Origin: Pirellulales bacterium
GTDB lineage: Bacteria > Planctomycetota > Planctomycetia > Pirellulales > JAEUIK01
Direction: 5' to 3'
DNA: 32,000 bases
Assembly (NCBI GenBank): GCA_965227275.1
Contig: CBDDFU010000001.1
Location: 4,439,928-4,471,927 of the forward strand
Both the position numbers and the translations under genes were made by a program. This document shows positions 1-8,522 of this stretch, piece by piece; within the stretch, counting starts at the first letter, position 1, and every line of letters begins with the position of its first letter. Below the pieces are notes generated by a model, which was not told where the DNA came from, did not search any database, and saw only the letters and a program-made list of their open reading frames with translations.

Positions 1-2
1 AA

Positions 3-983
3 GGCCAGGTACAGGCCGAGGACGGGACAAAAGACAAGTCTGCCAAGCGCGAGGCCCTGTTCGCCCAATTGGATGCGAATGCCGATGGCAGTATCAGCTC
101 GGATGAGGTTCCCGCGGACAATCGGTTGGTCAAACGCTTGTTCGACAAGGGCGATGCCGACGGCGACGGTGCATTGTCCCGAGCAGAGTTCGTAGCTGCG
201 TTGAAGGATCGGCGTTCGAAGGGACCAAACTCCGACAAACCAGCCGGGGATCGCCCGAATCGCTCCGACCGCCCGACTCCGGAGATGATCGCGAAGAAGA
301 TCATGGAATCCGACGCCGATGGCGATGGCAAGATCTCGAAGGAAGAGGCTCCCGAGCGTTTGGCCCGTGGGTTCGATCGTATGGACGCCGATGTTGATGG
401 GTTTCTGACCCCGGAAGAAATCACCTCCGCCATGAAGGCCTTTCAAAAGCGTGCGGGCAAAGGTCCGGCAAAAGGCACTGGTGGCGAAAGCGCGGATGCC
501 CGTCGTCCCAGTGCCGAGATGATCATCAAGCGGATCATGCAGTCGGATAAAGATGGCGACGGTCAGATTTCGCGAGAAGAAGCCCCCGAACGACTCGCTC
601 AGGTCTTCGATCGAGTGGACATCGACGCTGACGGGATGCTTGTGCAAGAGGAGATCAGCGAATCGGTGAAAGCGATGATCGAGCGAGGTGGTCAAGTTCG
701 GCCGGGAGCTGGCGGCTCCCGCAGCCCCGAAGCCATCGTCAAGCGTTGGATGGAGCATGATGAAGATGGCGATGGACGCGTCTCGAAGGCCGAGGCCCCC
801 GAGCGGATGCAGCGCATCTTCGCACGAATCGATGCCAACGGCGACGAGTACCTCGACAAGAAAGAGATCAAGTCTGCCGCGAAAGCGATGGCCAAACGAG
901 CCAAGCAGGACAAGGATAAGCCCAAAAAGCCCGGCAAGAAGCGCCCCAAGGACAAGAAGAAGCCCGAAACTGAGGCTGAATAG
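3..983 (+). CDS. EF-hand repeat calcium-binding protein, 5' end cut by the window edge
   Basis: The frame is open from nt 3, with no stop before the TTG at 69. The residues upstream of 69 (REALFAQL-DANADGSISSDEV) already complete an EF-hand, so the gene starts left of the window. There are eight DxDxDG-type loops: DANADGSISSDE, DADGDGALSRAE, DADGDGKISKEE, DADVDGFLTPEE, DKDGDGQISREE, DIDADGMLVQEE, DEDGDGRVSKAE, DANGDEYLDKKE. The protein ends in a Lys/Pro-rich tail. Stop TAG at 981-983. Confidence 0.85.
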   Translation, partial: GQVQAEDGTKDKSAKREALFAQLDANADGSISSDEVPADNRLVKRLFDKGDADGDGALSRAEFVAALKDRRSKGPNSDKPAGDRPNRSDRPTPEMIAKKIMESDADGDGKISKEEAPERLARGFDRMDADVDGFLTPEEITSAMKAFQKRAGKGPAKGTGGESADARRPSAEMIIKRIMQSDKDGDGQISREEAPERLAQVFDRVDIDADGMLVQEEISESVKAMIERGGQVRPGAGGSRSPEAIVKRWMEHDEDGDGRVSKAEAPERMQRIFARIDANGDEYLDKKEIKSAAKAMAKRAKQDKDKPKKPGKKRPKDKKKPETEAE

Positions 984-990
984 AAGCACT

Positions 991-1055
991 CGCGAGAGCC
1001 CCATCTCGCGAAACTCGCGCCCCGCCCCCGCCAGTAGAGCGATCTATTGGCGGGG
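991..1055. terminator. Two GC-rich hairpins between convergent genes (candidate terminators)
   Basis: Hairpin 1: cgcgaga (991-997) pairs with tctcgcg (1004-1010), 6-nt loop. Hairpin 2: ccccgcca (1026-1033) pairs with tggcgggg (1048-1055), 14-nt loop. They lie in the 119-nt gap between the EF-hand gene (stop 983) and the minus-strand FAD oxidoreductase gene (stop 1103). Neither has a clear U-tract. Confidence 0.4.
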
Positions 1056-1102
1056 TGCCGGTCTCGGGTGACTTCATGGGCACTTTCGCATTACGCCCGA
1101 CA

Positions 1103-3670
1103 TCAATCCAGCGGCGTGAATTGCATCCAGTTCAGGCAAGTATTCGTGGTGCTGTCTGGCCGGCCAATCTCGATGGTCAGTCGGCCATCGTCCACCGAAA
1201 CGTCTACCGTTCGCTCGGCAAACCATCCCTTATCGGTTTCGCAATCTACTAGTAGCTCGGTGCCTTCGACACTCACGTTTTGGCCTACTTGTTCGTGGTC
1301 GGAATCGCCGATGCAGACACTCACCCGATATCGGCCCGGCGCAACGTCACACTCCCATTGATCGTGGCCGAGGGTGAAGATGAAGGTGTCGCGCCACTGG
1401 CCTTCGAGTGCCTTGCGGCGACGGTGCTGCGAACGCATGTCACGCGACCAGCCATATCCGCGAAGCTTGTCGAAGGGCAACCCCATGTCGTTCGTGAACC
1501 CCTCGATGGCTGTCGAGCCGGGCCCGGTGAAATTGAACCGCCGCCATCCCCCGTCCGCGATCAGATCGGGCTGGCCATCCTCATCCGCTGGCGGCGCATA
1601 CTTGGGCCACGTGCTGGGGCTGGCGTCGAACAGGAGCGGATCGTCGCGGTCCGCGATTCCGTCGCCATCCGCATCGTGGGGCTGGGCACGCGTAAAGGGG
1701 CGGTCTGGCAGCTCGCGAATCCTCTGCCACCATAGAGCCGCGAACTCACCACGCGTCAGCTCGCCCTGTGGAGCACTGGGTGGCTGCGCGGCAAGTTTGC
1801 TCTTCAGAGACAGATTGACGACAGCTTGCTTCCACGGTTCCGTGGCCACGTCGTCGGCGCGAAAGGCGGTTTCGTCGAACTCGACCGGCAGCCCTCGTCT
1901 TACGGCCAGCAGATTCACGGCCTCGAACGCGGGATGGTCGGTTTCCAAGTCTTGGTAAGGCCACAGCGTTTGAGGCACTCCGTTGTCTAGCCGCTGACAC
2001 AATCCCTCCCAGACATTCGAAAGCAGCCCCCGGTCGTACGGAATTTCGCGTGGTTCGACCTCCTGCAATAACGACACGGCTGCTACGGCGCCGGCAGCCT
2101 GACCGATGGCCATGCTTTGGTCGTGCAAACGAACGGCCGAGCTGACGATGCTGCTGTAGCCAAGGTTCTTTTGTGCTCCCAGCAGCCCGTCGATCTTCTC
2201 CGGAACCAGGCTCCGCAACGGAAACAAACTGGGGCCACTATAAGGCGGCCCCCAGGTACGCCCTTCACGAAACTCGTTTGCCCACGGGCCTCCGGTATTC
2301 CCGTTGTCTAGAAAACGACGCTTCGTGGGGTGGAAATCATATTCGAACTGCCAACAGGCCACGCCATCGTGGTACATGGCGGTGGCGAAATGCGTGGCGC
2401 GATTGCCGTGTCCCGTGGTGTCTTGCTGCCGCATCATGTACATAGCCTTCAGTCGTAGCGACTCACGAACGTAAGGTTTGGGTGGCATGCGATCAGCGGT
2501 GCCAAATTCGTCGCTGGGTTCCATGCGACGAAAACTATGGGTCTGGTCTTCCATCGCATCGTGGACTTCCGTCTGCAGGTAATGCAGAAAACCAAGTGAA
2601 TACTGCTTGGCGTTTTCGAACACAATCTGTCGCTGTTGCCGGGACATCTCGACGATGTTCTTTTTCGATGCGCCCGCTCCGGTTGCCTCCAACTTGCGAA
2701 CGACCTCTTCGGGCAGTACGTCCAACGGGTAGTCGAAAGCGGGGAAACACAGCAGTACCACGTCCGGGTGATCGATCTCGGGGAACCCGTAATGGTCAAT
2801 CACCCGTCGGCTGGCATACAACCACAACGGGTCACGGGGATATCGATGATCGGTGTAGTTGCGGCGGTCGTATCCCGGGGGCATTGGAATCGCCCGATAC
2901 TCATCCGTTTCGTTGAGCACCATACAGTAGGTGATCGGGTTCATGTCGGTCAGCGGGTAGTCTGCCCGTGAGGTCGGCGCTAACGGTTCGCCGTACTTCT
3001 CCTGCAAGTCGGGACCGAACTCATAGGCCGCGCCGCTGACTTTGATCGCGTCACCCCAATCCGAGGCATCGACGGTCAATCGGGCCACGACGTCGATTTC
3101 CGCGAGGTCTCCCTCGGTTGCCGCAAAACGAACCGCTTGCAACCGATCCTGTTCGACCGTGGATCCCACGGGATGGTAGCCCGAGATGATGCGAATCTGA
3201 CCCGACTTGACATAGGGGCGGATCAACTCGCGAAACGCACGTTCGGCATCCGTGGGGCGGCAAGTCGTAATCACACGCGTGTTCCCTGGTCGAGCTTGAC
3301 CGTAGGTTGCGAGATTGTGGGCTTCGATACGATCGATCACTTCCTTGAACAGCCCCGACCGTGGAAACGGCACACCATGGCCATAGCCCGAGGGGCCGCG
3401 GTTTTCGTCGATGGCGACAAGCGCCTCGGCCGTGAATTGCCCACCCAACCAGTCGATATCGTTGACCAGCGTGATGGACTTCACGCCCATCCTTGCGGCC
3501 TGAACCGCGGCCGCGCAGCCGGACTCGGTCCCCCCCACAATCAGCAAGTCGGTTTGAATTGTTTCGGCTGCCACGCCCGCGGCGGGTAAGCTCGACAAGC
3601 ACACACATAGTATTGTGAGGATCAGGCGATAGGGCCTGACTGGTCTTTGGGGAAAGTGATCGTGCGTCAT
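1103..3670 (-). CDS. Secreted FAD-dependent oxidoreductase with a C-terminal beta-sandwich-like (carbohydrate-binding-like) domain
   Basis: 855 aa, ATG start. N-terminal hydrophobic signal (LILTILCVCLSSLPAAGVAAE) is followed by the dinucleotide-binding motif DLLIVGGTESGCAAAVQAARMG. There is a calcium-type DADGDGIADRDDP repeat near residue ~670. The last ~147 aa (FNFTGPGS..GYGWSRD..GRYRVSVCIGDS..DDGRLTIEIG..LNWMQF) look like a lectin/CBM-like beta-sandwich. Confidence 0.8.
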   Translation of the reverse strand: MTHDHFPQRPVRPYRLILTILCVCLSSLPAAGVAAETIQTDLLIVGGTESGCAAAVQAARMGVKSITLVNDIDWLGGQFTAEALVAIDENRGPSGYGHGVPFPRSGLFKEVIDRIEAHNLATYGQARPGNTRVITTCRPTDAERAFRELIRPYVKSGQIRIISGYHPVGSTVEQDRLQAVRFAATEGDLAEIDVVARLTVDASDWGDAIKVSGAAYEFGPDLQEKYGEPLAPTSRADYPLTDMNPITYCMVLNETDEYRAIPMPPGYDRRNYTDHRYPRDPLWLYASRRVIDHYGFPEIDHPDVVLLCFPAFDYPLDVLPEEVVRKLEATGAGASKKNIVEMSRQQRQIVFENAKQYSLGFLHYLQTEVHDAMEDQTHSFRRMEPSDEFGTADRMPPKPYVRESLRLKAMYMMRQQDTTGHGNRATHFATAMYHDGVACWQFEYDFHPTKRRFLDNGNTGGPWANEFREGRTWGPPYSGPSLFPLRSLVPEKIDGLLGAQKNLGYSSIVSSAVRLHDQSMAIGQAAGAVAAVSLLQEVEPREIPYDRGLLSNVWEGLCQRLDNGVPQTLWPYQDLETDHPAFEAVNLLAVRRGLPVEFDETAFRADDVATEPWKQAVVNLSLKSKLAAQPPSAPQGELTRGEFAALWWQRIRELPDRPFTRAQPHDADGDGIADRDDPLLFDASPSTWPKYAPPADEDGQPDLIADGGWRRFNFTGPGSTAIEGFTNDMGLPFDKLRGYGWSRDMRSQHRRRKALEGQWRDTFIFTLGHDQWECDVAPGRYRVSVCIGDSDHEQVGQNVSVEGTELLVDCETDKGWFAERTVDVSVDDGRLTIEIGRPDSTTNTCLNWMQFTPLD

Positions 3671-3816
3671 GAAGCGCCGCTCTCCAAGAGTTGTCGATGG
3701 ACTTCGCGTGCCGAATGCTCCATCTTACACGGCGAATAACGCACAATCGAAAATAACGTTTGCCAGGCAAGTCGCGTACTTCGCTGGAACACCAAAAGTC
3801 GAGGAAAACCATAGCC

Positions 3817-4947
3817 ATGAAAACCGTCGCTGAGGGCACCGTCTTCAACGGTGAAAACGATCCGCTGCGGCAAAGCTGTGCGTTTCCCGGCATTTGTGTT
3901 ACCGCTAGCGGGCGGTGGATCTGCACCTTTAGAGCTGCCCCAACCAAGGGTGCCACCGCCAGGCAACAGGTGTTGCTGTGCTGGTCGGATGACGAAGGGC
4001 TCAGTTGGAGTTCGCCTTGTGAACCGTTTGAAGCCCCCGATACGGATGAAGGAACGCCCGGAATCTTGCGAACCGGGCACGTGGCGGCCTTACACGATGG
4101 TCGACTGCTGGCGGTGTTGTCGTGGATCGAGCACGCTGATCCGGAGCGGGCCTTCTTCAATGAGGAGACCGAGGGTCTGCTCGATACCAGGGTATGTCTG
4201 TCGTTTTCATCCGACGAGGGCCAGCATTGGACGACGCCCTCATTCATGTCTCCCCGTCCATATGTGGTGCCTTCGCCAACGACGGGCCCGATAGTCTGTT
4301 TGGCAAACGGTGATTTGATTTGTCAGCTCGAACTCAACAAGCCGTACTTCGATACCCGGCCTTGGCTGCATCAGTCGGTGCTGGTGTTCTCACGCGATGG
4401 TGGCCAGACATGGGGTGAGCAATGTGTTGTGAGCGACGATCCCTCGCGGTTTGTGTTCTACTGGGACCAACGTTTGGGGCAACTCGACGACGATGCGTTG
4501 TTGGATGTGTTCTGGACGTTCCATCGCGCGTCGGGCAAGTACCTGAACATTCATGCCCGTCGCTCGGTGGATGGAGGACGGAACTGGTCTGCGATGTGGG
4601 ATACCGAAGTTCCCGGGCAGCCAGCGGCTCCCGTTCAACTCGACCACGGACTCATTGCGATGGTTTATGTCGACCGCACCGCGGAACCCTGCATCAAACT
4701 TCGCACGAGCCCCGACGATGGTCGAAGCTGGCCGGCGGAAACAGAACAAACGATCTTTCAATCTGCCCGTCGCTTGCCCAATCCCGACTCGCAAAGCATG
4801 CAGGAGGCCTGGGACGAGATGGTCGCATTCTCACTCGGCCTGCCTGCCACGACCAGGTTGCCCAATGGCGATCTGCTGGTGGTGTTCTACGAAGGCTCGA
4901 TGGCGGATCGAACCTGCATTCGATGGTGCCGGCTAAGTTTTAATTAG
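3817..4947 (+). CDS. BNR/Asp-box repeat protein (sialidase-like beta-propeller), no signal peptide
   Basis: Five Asp-box motifs (SxDxGxxW): SDDEGLSWS, SSDEGQHWT, SRDGGQTWG, SVDGGRNWS, SPDDGRSWP. I prefer the ATG at 3817 (gagga lies ~10 nt upstream) to the longer ORF start at 3760. Stop TAA at 4945-4947. Confidence 0.8.
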   Translation: MKTVAEGTVFNGENDPLRQSCAFPGICVTASGRWICTFRAAPTKGATARQQVLLCWSDDEGLSWSSPCEPFEAPDTDEGTPGILRTGHVAALHDGRLLAVLSWIEHADPERAFFNEETEGLLDTRVCLSFSSDEGQHWTTPSFMSPRPYVVPSPTTGPIVCLANGDLICQLELNKPYFDTRPWLHQSVLVFSRDGGQTWGEQCVVSDDPSRFVFYWDQRLGQLDDDALLDVFWTFHRASGKYLNIHARRSVDGGRNWSAMWDTEVPGQPAAPVQLDHGLIAMVYVDRTAEPCIKLRTSPDDGRSWPAETEQTIFQSARRLPNPDSQSMQEAWDEMVAFSLGLPATTRLPNGDLLVVFYEGSMADRTCIRWCRLSFN

Positions 4948-4958
4948 TTCGTAGTTAG

Positions 4959-5762
4959 CTATTCGACTTCTCGAGTGTCTTTGGTTGTTTGCACTGCAGT
5001 CGACCAAGTGTATTGGTAGGGACGAAGAGCGGTATACAGAATGCCGGTCTCATTCTGCAATGCTTTGCACACGTCGAGATCATTCTTGCGTGGCAAATTG
5101 CTCATGAAAGCTATGATTTCTCCTGACTCCCTCCGAGCGCGGGGATCAAAGACAGCTCCTCTTTCATCGAATCTTTTCCAGAGGAAAGAAGTACGGAAAG
5201 AGTCAAAGCGACTTGAGAACTCGTTCAAGCAGAGCTGAATAGATTGATCATCGGAAAGTATCAAGGCATCGATTGATGGCGATTCGAACGCGGCACTGTA
5301 GTCAAAGTAAAAGCATGTTATGGAACCTGCGGAGCGTGGTTCGACCGCTATCAGATGCACGTGCCCATAGAAAGTGGCAAATATTTGCCTGTACTTGAGG
5401 TCTGCATCGAATCCATTTGAGTGAAACCAAATGATTCGGTACGCACTTGAGTCACCAGGAGTTTCTTCGAGTTGTTTCTGAGCGTGCCTTAGAATCGCGC
5501 AGATTCGGTTGTCACGAGATATTCGGCCTCTGTGCTCAAACATTTCGCCCCGACTCATGCATTCATTGCGTGCTTCGGATGTCTCAGGTGATTCAAATTT
5601 ATCCTTGACTTCGATGAGATACATTGAACTATCGTCTGATACGAAGATATCTGCGGTGCGGGTGCTTCCTTCTTGTATCTCTTCAACTCGAAGTCCAAGG
5701 TTCGATAATATTCTGATTGCTCTCAGCTTCGATTGTTCCACAAACACTACCCCGCGAATCAA
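4959..5762 (-). CDS. Orphan hypothetical protein with an N-terminal PD-(D/E)xK (Hjc/Mrr-like) nuclease motif
   Basis: 267-aa ORF in a clearly lower-GC stretch. The N-terminus, VEQSKLRAIRILSNLGLRVEEIQEGSTRTADIFVSDDSSMYLIEVKDK, fits the core pattern helix-E...G...D-hydrophobic...hydrophobic-E-x-K. The C-terminal ~200 aa has no motif I recognise. There is no ATG start; candidates are TTG 5762, GTG 5747 and GTG 5741, so the 5' end is uncertain by ~20 nt. Confidence 0.6.
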   Translation of the reverse strand: MIRGVVFVEQSKLRAIRILSNLGLRVEEIQEGSTRTADIFVSDDSSMYLIEVKDKFESPETSEARNECMSRGEMFEHRGRISRDNRICAILRHAQKQLEETPGDSSAYRIIWFHSNGFDADLKYRQIFATFYGHVHLIAVEPRSAGSITCFYFDYSAAFESPSIDALILSDDQSIQLCLNEFSSRFDSFRTSFLWKRFDERGAVFDPRARRESGEIIAFMSNLPRKNDLDVCKALQNETGILYTALRPYQYTWSTAVQTTKDTREVE

Positions 5763-5766
5763 GTAT

Positions 5767-5778
5767 TTGACGCGTCAA
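5767..5778. promoter_or_regulatory. Perfect 12-bp palindrome TTGACGCGTCAA just upstream of the orphan gene
   Basis: ttgacgcgtcaa at 5767-5778 is its own reverse complement. It lies 5 nt from the TTG start candidate and 20-26 nt from the GTG candidates. The TTGAC half-sites also resemble a -35 hexamer. Its function is unproven. Confidence 0.25.
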
Positions 5779-5906
5779 TGACTCGAGAACATCGCTTTGA
5801 CTGAGCACGCGCGAATGTGTTTCAGCAGTGTGACGGACACGAACGCAAGCAAAAATGTTCGAGGGAGCGTGTGAGTTTTTGCGGTGAATGCTTGGGGCTA
5901 CCGCCC

Positions 5907-7454
5907 CTAATCTCGCCCATTCTTGTTTCGCATCACCTCGTCCGGGAAGGTGGCTGGCGTGGCACCGGAGCGGAGCCGGAGGTTTTGCCCCATCGATCGC
6001 TTTCGGCTGAACGGCACCCGATTGGCGTCGTCTTGGGCCAGAATGCCGTGTAATGCGTCACGCATCGCTCGGATCTGTTTTTGATGGCTCTTGCTGAAGA
6101 TCAGGTTGTGTTGCTCCAGTGGATCGTTCTGCAGGTCGTACATTTCGTCGAGATCCCAAATGCCGTGATACTGAATGAGCTTGTACCGCGGAGTGCGTAG
6201 GGCGAACGTTGTCGGCGTCTGCGGGAAGTTGTATTCCCAGTAGTACTCGTATAACAGCTGATCTCGCCACTTAGCCGGGTCGAGCTCTCCGGCGGCCAAC
6301 CCGAGGAAACTTTGCCCATCCATCGAGTCGGGCGTTTGCAGCCCCGTGGCTTCCAGGCAAGTGCCCGCGATATCGATGTTGGCCACCACCTGTTCGACGG
6401 TTGTGCCGGGACTCCATCGCCCGGGACAGACACCCACCAGTGGGACGCGAATCGACGCCTCGTAGGCGGTGCGTTTATCGATCAGCCCATGCTCGCCCCA
6501 TTGAAAGCCGTTGTCGCCCATGTACATCACCAGCGTGTTGCCGGCCAAACCGTTGTCGGCCAACCAGGCACGAACCCGGGCGATCGACTCATCGACGCTC
6601 AACAACGCTTCGCAGTACAGCCGATAGTGTTCGGCAATGTCGGTGTCCTGGTGATAGGCAAAGTCGACGCCGTGCCAACTGTTACGCTGATTCTTCAGCC
6701 ACATGGGCTTGTGTTCGTAGTTCTCCTCGTTGTCGGCCATCGTCTGAGGCACCGGCAGCGGTTTGTCTTTGTAGCGCCCGGCGTGCCGCTCGGCCGGATG
6801 AAACATGCCATGCACCCCCTTGTGAGAAAGGTACATGAAGAAGGGTCTGTCTCCCTCTTTCACCTGATCGAGCCAATCGATGGCGTAGTCGGTCAATTCG
6901 TCGGTGATGTAGCCCTGCTGTTTGACTTCTTTGCCGTTGACGTTGAGGCGCCAGTTGTTGAGATGTTCCGGCGGATAGTAATGTCCCTGCCCACGGAAGC
7001 TGACCCATTGGTCGAAGCCCGGACGAGGCGCATCGGAATGACCCCCCATGTGCCACTTGCCAAAGAACCCCGTGGTGTAGCCAGCGGCCTGCAGGTATTG
7101 CGGAAAAAAGATGGTTCCCGGCGGGGTGAGCACATTGTTGTCGACCACTCCGTGATGATGCATGTAGCGGCCGGTCAGAATCGACGCGCGGCTGGGCGAA
7201 CAGAGCGACGTGGTAACGATGGCGTTCTTGAAATAGACGCCCTCGCGGGCCATGGCATCCATGGCGGGAGTTTCCACCCAAGGGTGTCCCAGAAAGCTCA
7301 TGACGTCGTAACGATGATCGTCCGAGAGTATGAATACCACGTTCAGCTGCTTGGCCCCATCGATACGCTTCAGATCGGGTATCGCATCGGCGTCAGCCGG
7401 AGAAGATACTCTCAAGCACGCAAAGACCAGGCACAGCACGACGAACGGTCGCAT
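5907..7454 (-). CDS. Secreted formylglycine-dependent sulfatase (arylsulfatase / sugar-sulfatase family)
   Basis: 515 aa, ATG start. Signal peptide MRPFVVLCLVFACLRVSSPADA. Contains the sulfatase signature SLCSPSRASILTGRY (C-x-P-x-R), plus VVFILSDDH and GKWHMG motifs. Confidence 0.92.
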   Translation of the reverse strand: MRPFVVLCLVFACLRVSSPADADAIPDLKRIDGAKQLNVVFILSDDHRYDVMSFLGHPWVETPAMDAMAREGVYFKNAIVTTSLCSPSRASILTGRYMHHHGVVDNNVLTPPGTIFFPQYLQAAGYTTGFFGKWHMGGHSDAPRPGFDQWVSFRGQGHYYPPEHLNNWRLNVNGKEVKQQGYITDELTDYAIDWLDQVKEGDRPFFMYLSHKGVHGMFHPAERHAGRYKDKPLPVPQTMADNEENYEHKPMWLKNQRNSWHGVDFAYHQDTDIAEHYRLYCEALLSVDESIARVRAWLADNGLAGNTLVMYMGDNGFQWGEHGLIDKRTAYEASIRVPLVGVCPGRWSPGTTVEQVVANIDIAGTCLEATGLQTPDSMDGQSFLGLAAGELDPAKWRDQLLYEYYWEYNFPQTPTTFALRTPRYKLIQYHGIWDLDEMYDLQNDPLEQHNLIFSKSHQKQIRAMRDALHGILAQDDANRVPFSRKRSMGQNLRLRSGATPATFPDEVMRNKNGRD

Positions 7455-7621
7455 GGAAAACTCCTCGAACGAACCCTGTTAGGCACCTCACTGATGGCCC
7501 GATTATAACCAAACCATTTGCGACAGGTTGGCTTCGCGTCCATATTCGCAATGCCGGTTGCGGGCGAGTACGATAGCCCTTTTGGTGAACCCTTTGGTTT
7601 TGCGATGTGAGGTCGACCTCG

Positions 7622-8506
7622 ATGAAATACGGTGTTTGGCTGTGGGCGTTGTCCGCGTTTTACTGCTCCATCGGGATATGCGAAGAACCCTACACCTTAG
7701 GGCCCGACTCACAGCGGCACGAAGGCGTTCCTCAGGGGACCATCACCAAGGGTGAATGGAAAAGCGAGATCTTCGAAGGAACCATTCGTGACTACTGGGT
7801 CTATTGCCCCCAGCAATACGATCCGGCCAAACCGGCCCGGGTGATGGTCTTTCAAGATGGGCACGCATACGTCGGTGAAGACGGACAATTCCGCGTACCG
7901 GTGGTTTTGGACAACCTGATTCATCGCGGAGAGTTACCGGTGATCATCGGTGTGTTCATCAACCCAGGACATCGAGCCGAAACCAAACCGAAGCCGGGGT
8001 GGAAAGCAAACAACCGCAGCTTCGAATACGACACCCTTTCCGACCAGTATGCTCGCTTCTTGTTGGAGGAATTGCTGCCGGAGGTGGGCAAGATCTATCA
8101 CCTATCCGACGACCCGAACCATCGCGCGATCTGCGGGATTTCCTCTGGCGGTATCTGTGCGTTCACCGCGGCCTGGCAACGCCCCGATGCGTTTCGCAAG
8201 GTGCTCAGCCACGTGGGCAGTTTCACGAACATCCGGGGAGGGAATGTCTATCCGGCGTTGATCCGTAAGACCGATCCCAAGCCGATTCGTGTGTTTCTCC
8301 AGGATGGAGAAAACGACCTGGACAACGCTCACGGAAACTGGTGGCTTTCCAATCTGCAAATGGACGCTGCCTTGAAGTTCGCCAAGTACGACTACAAGTT
8401 CGTCGGCGGCGAAGGCGGGCACAACGGTAAGCACGGTGGCGCTATCTTGCCCGAATCGCTCATCTGGCTGTGGAACGACGAAGCAGTTGCTTCGAGCGGG
8501 GACTAA
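7622..8506 (+). CDS. Secreted alpha/beta-hydrolase esterase (putative esterase / enterochelin-esterase-like family)
   Basis: The ATG at 7622 gives the signal peptide [22 protein letters not shown]; the ORF track starts at a GTG at 7607. Nucleophile elbow GISSGG (GxSxG). The C-terminal [11 protein letters not shown] region is typical of this family. Confidence 0.8.
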   Translation: MKYGVWLWALSAFYCSIGICEEPYTLGPDSQRHEGVPQGTITKGEWKSEIFEGTIRDYWVYCPQQYDPAKPARVMVFQDGHAYVGEDGQFRVPVVLDNLIHRGELPVIIGVFINPGHRAETKPKPGWKANNRSFEYDTLSDQYARFLLEELLPEVGKIYHLSDDPNHRAICGISSGGICAFTAAWQRPDAFRKVLSHVGSFTNIRGGNVYPALIRKTDPKPIRVFLQDGENDLDNAHGNWWLSNLQMDAALKFAKYDYKFVGGEGGHNGKHGGAILPESLIWLWNDEAVASSGD

Positions 8507-8522
8507 GACCCGAATCTCGTGG

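Noticed and set aside
3051-4247. 398-aa minus-strand ORF spanning the 5' end of the FAD oxidoreductase gene and the start of the BNR gene
   Set aside because: It overlaps two well-supported genes with clear motifs. Its product is Arg/Ser/Cys-rich low complexity with no motif. This is the typical long shadow ORF of GC-rich DNA.
5849-5882. AT-rich hairpin gcaaaaa/tttttgc (20-nt loop) after the sulfatase gene as a terminator
   Set aside because: The 7-bp stem is mostly A:T and the loop is long, so it is too weak to call.
4940-5910. Mobile-element hallmarks at the borders of the low-GC islet
   Set aside because: I looked for flanking direct repeats, terminal inverted repeats, an integrase or transposase, and a tRNA target, and found none. 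The islet is reported as a compositional anomaly only, not as a mobile element.
6312-7508. 398-aa plus-strand ORF antisense to the sulfatase gene
   Set aside because: It is entirely antisense to a sulfatase with an intact CxPxR signature. The product is compositionally odd (R/H/V/G-rich) and has no start context or motif.
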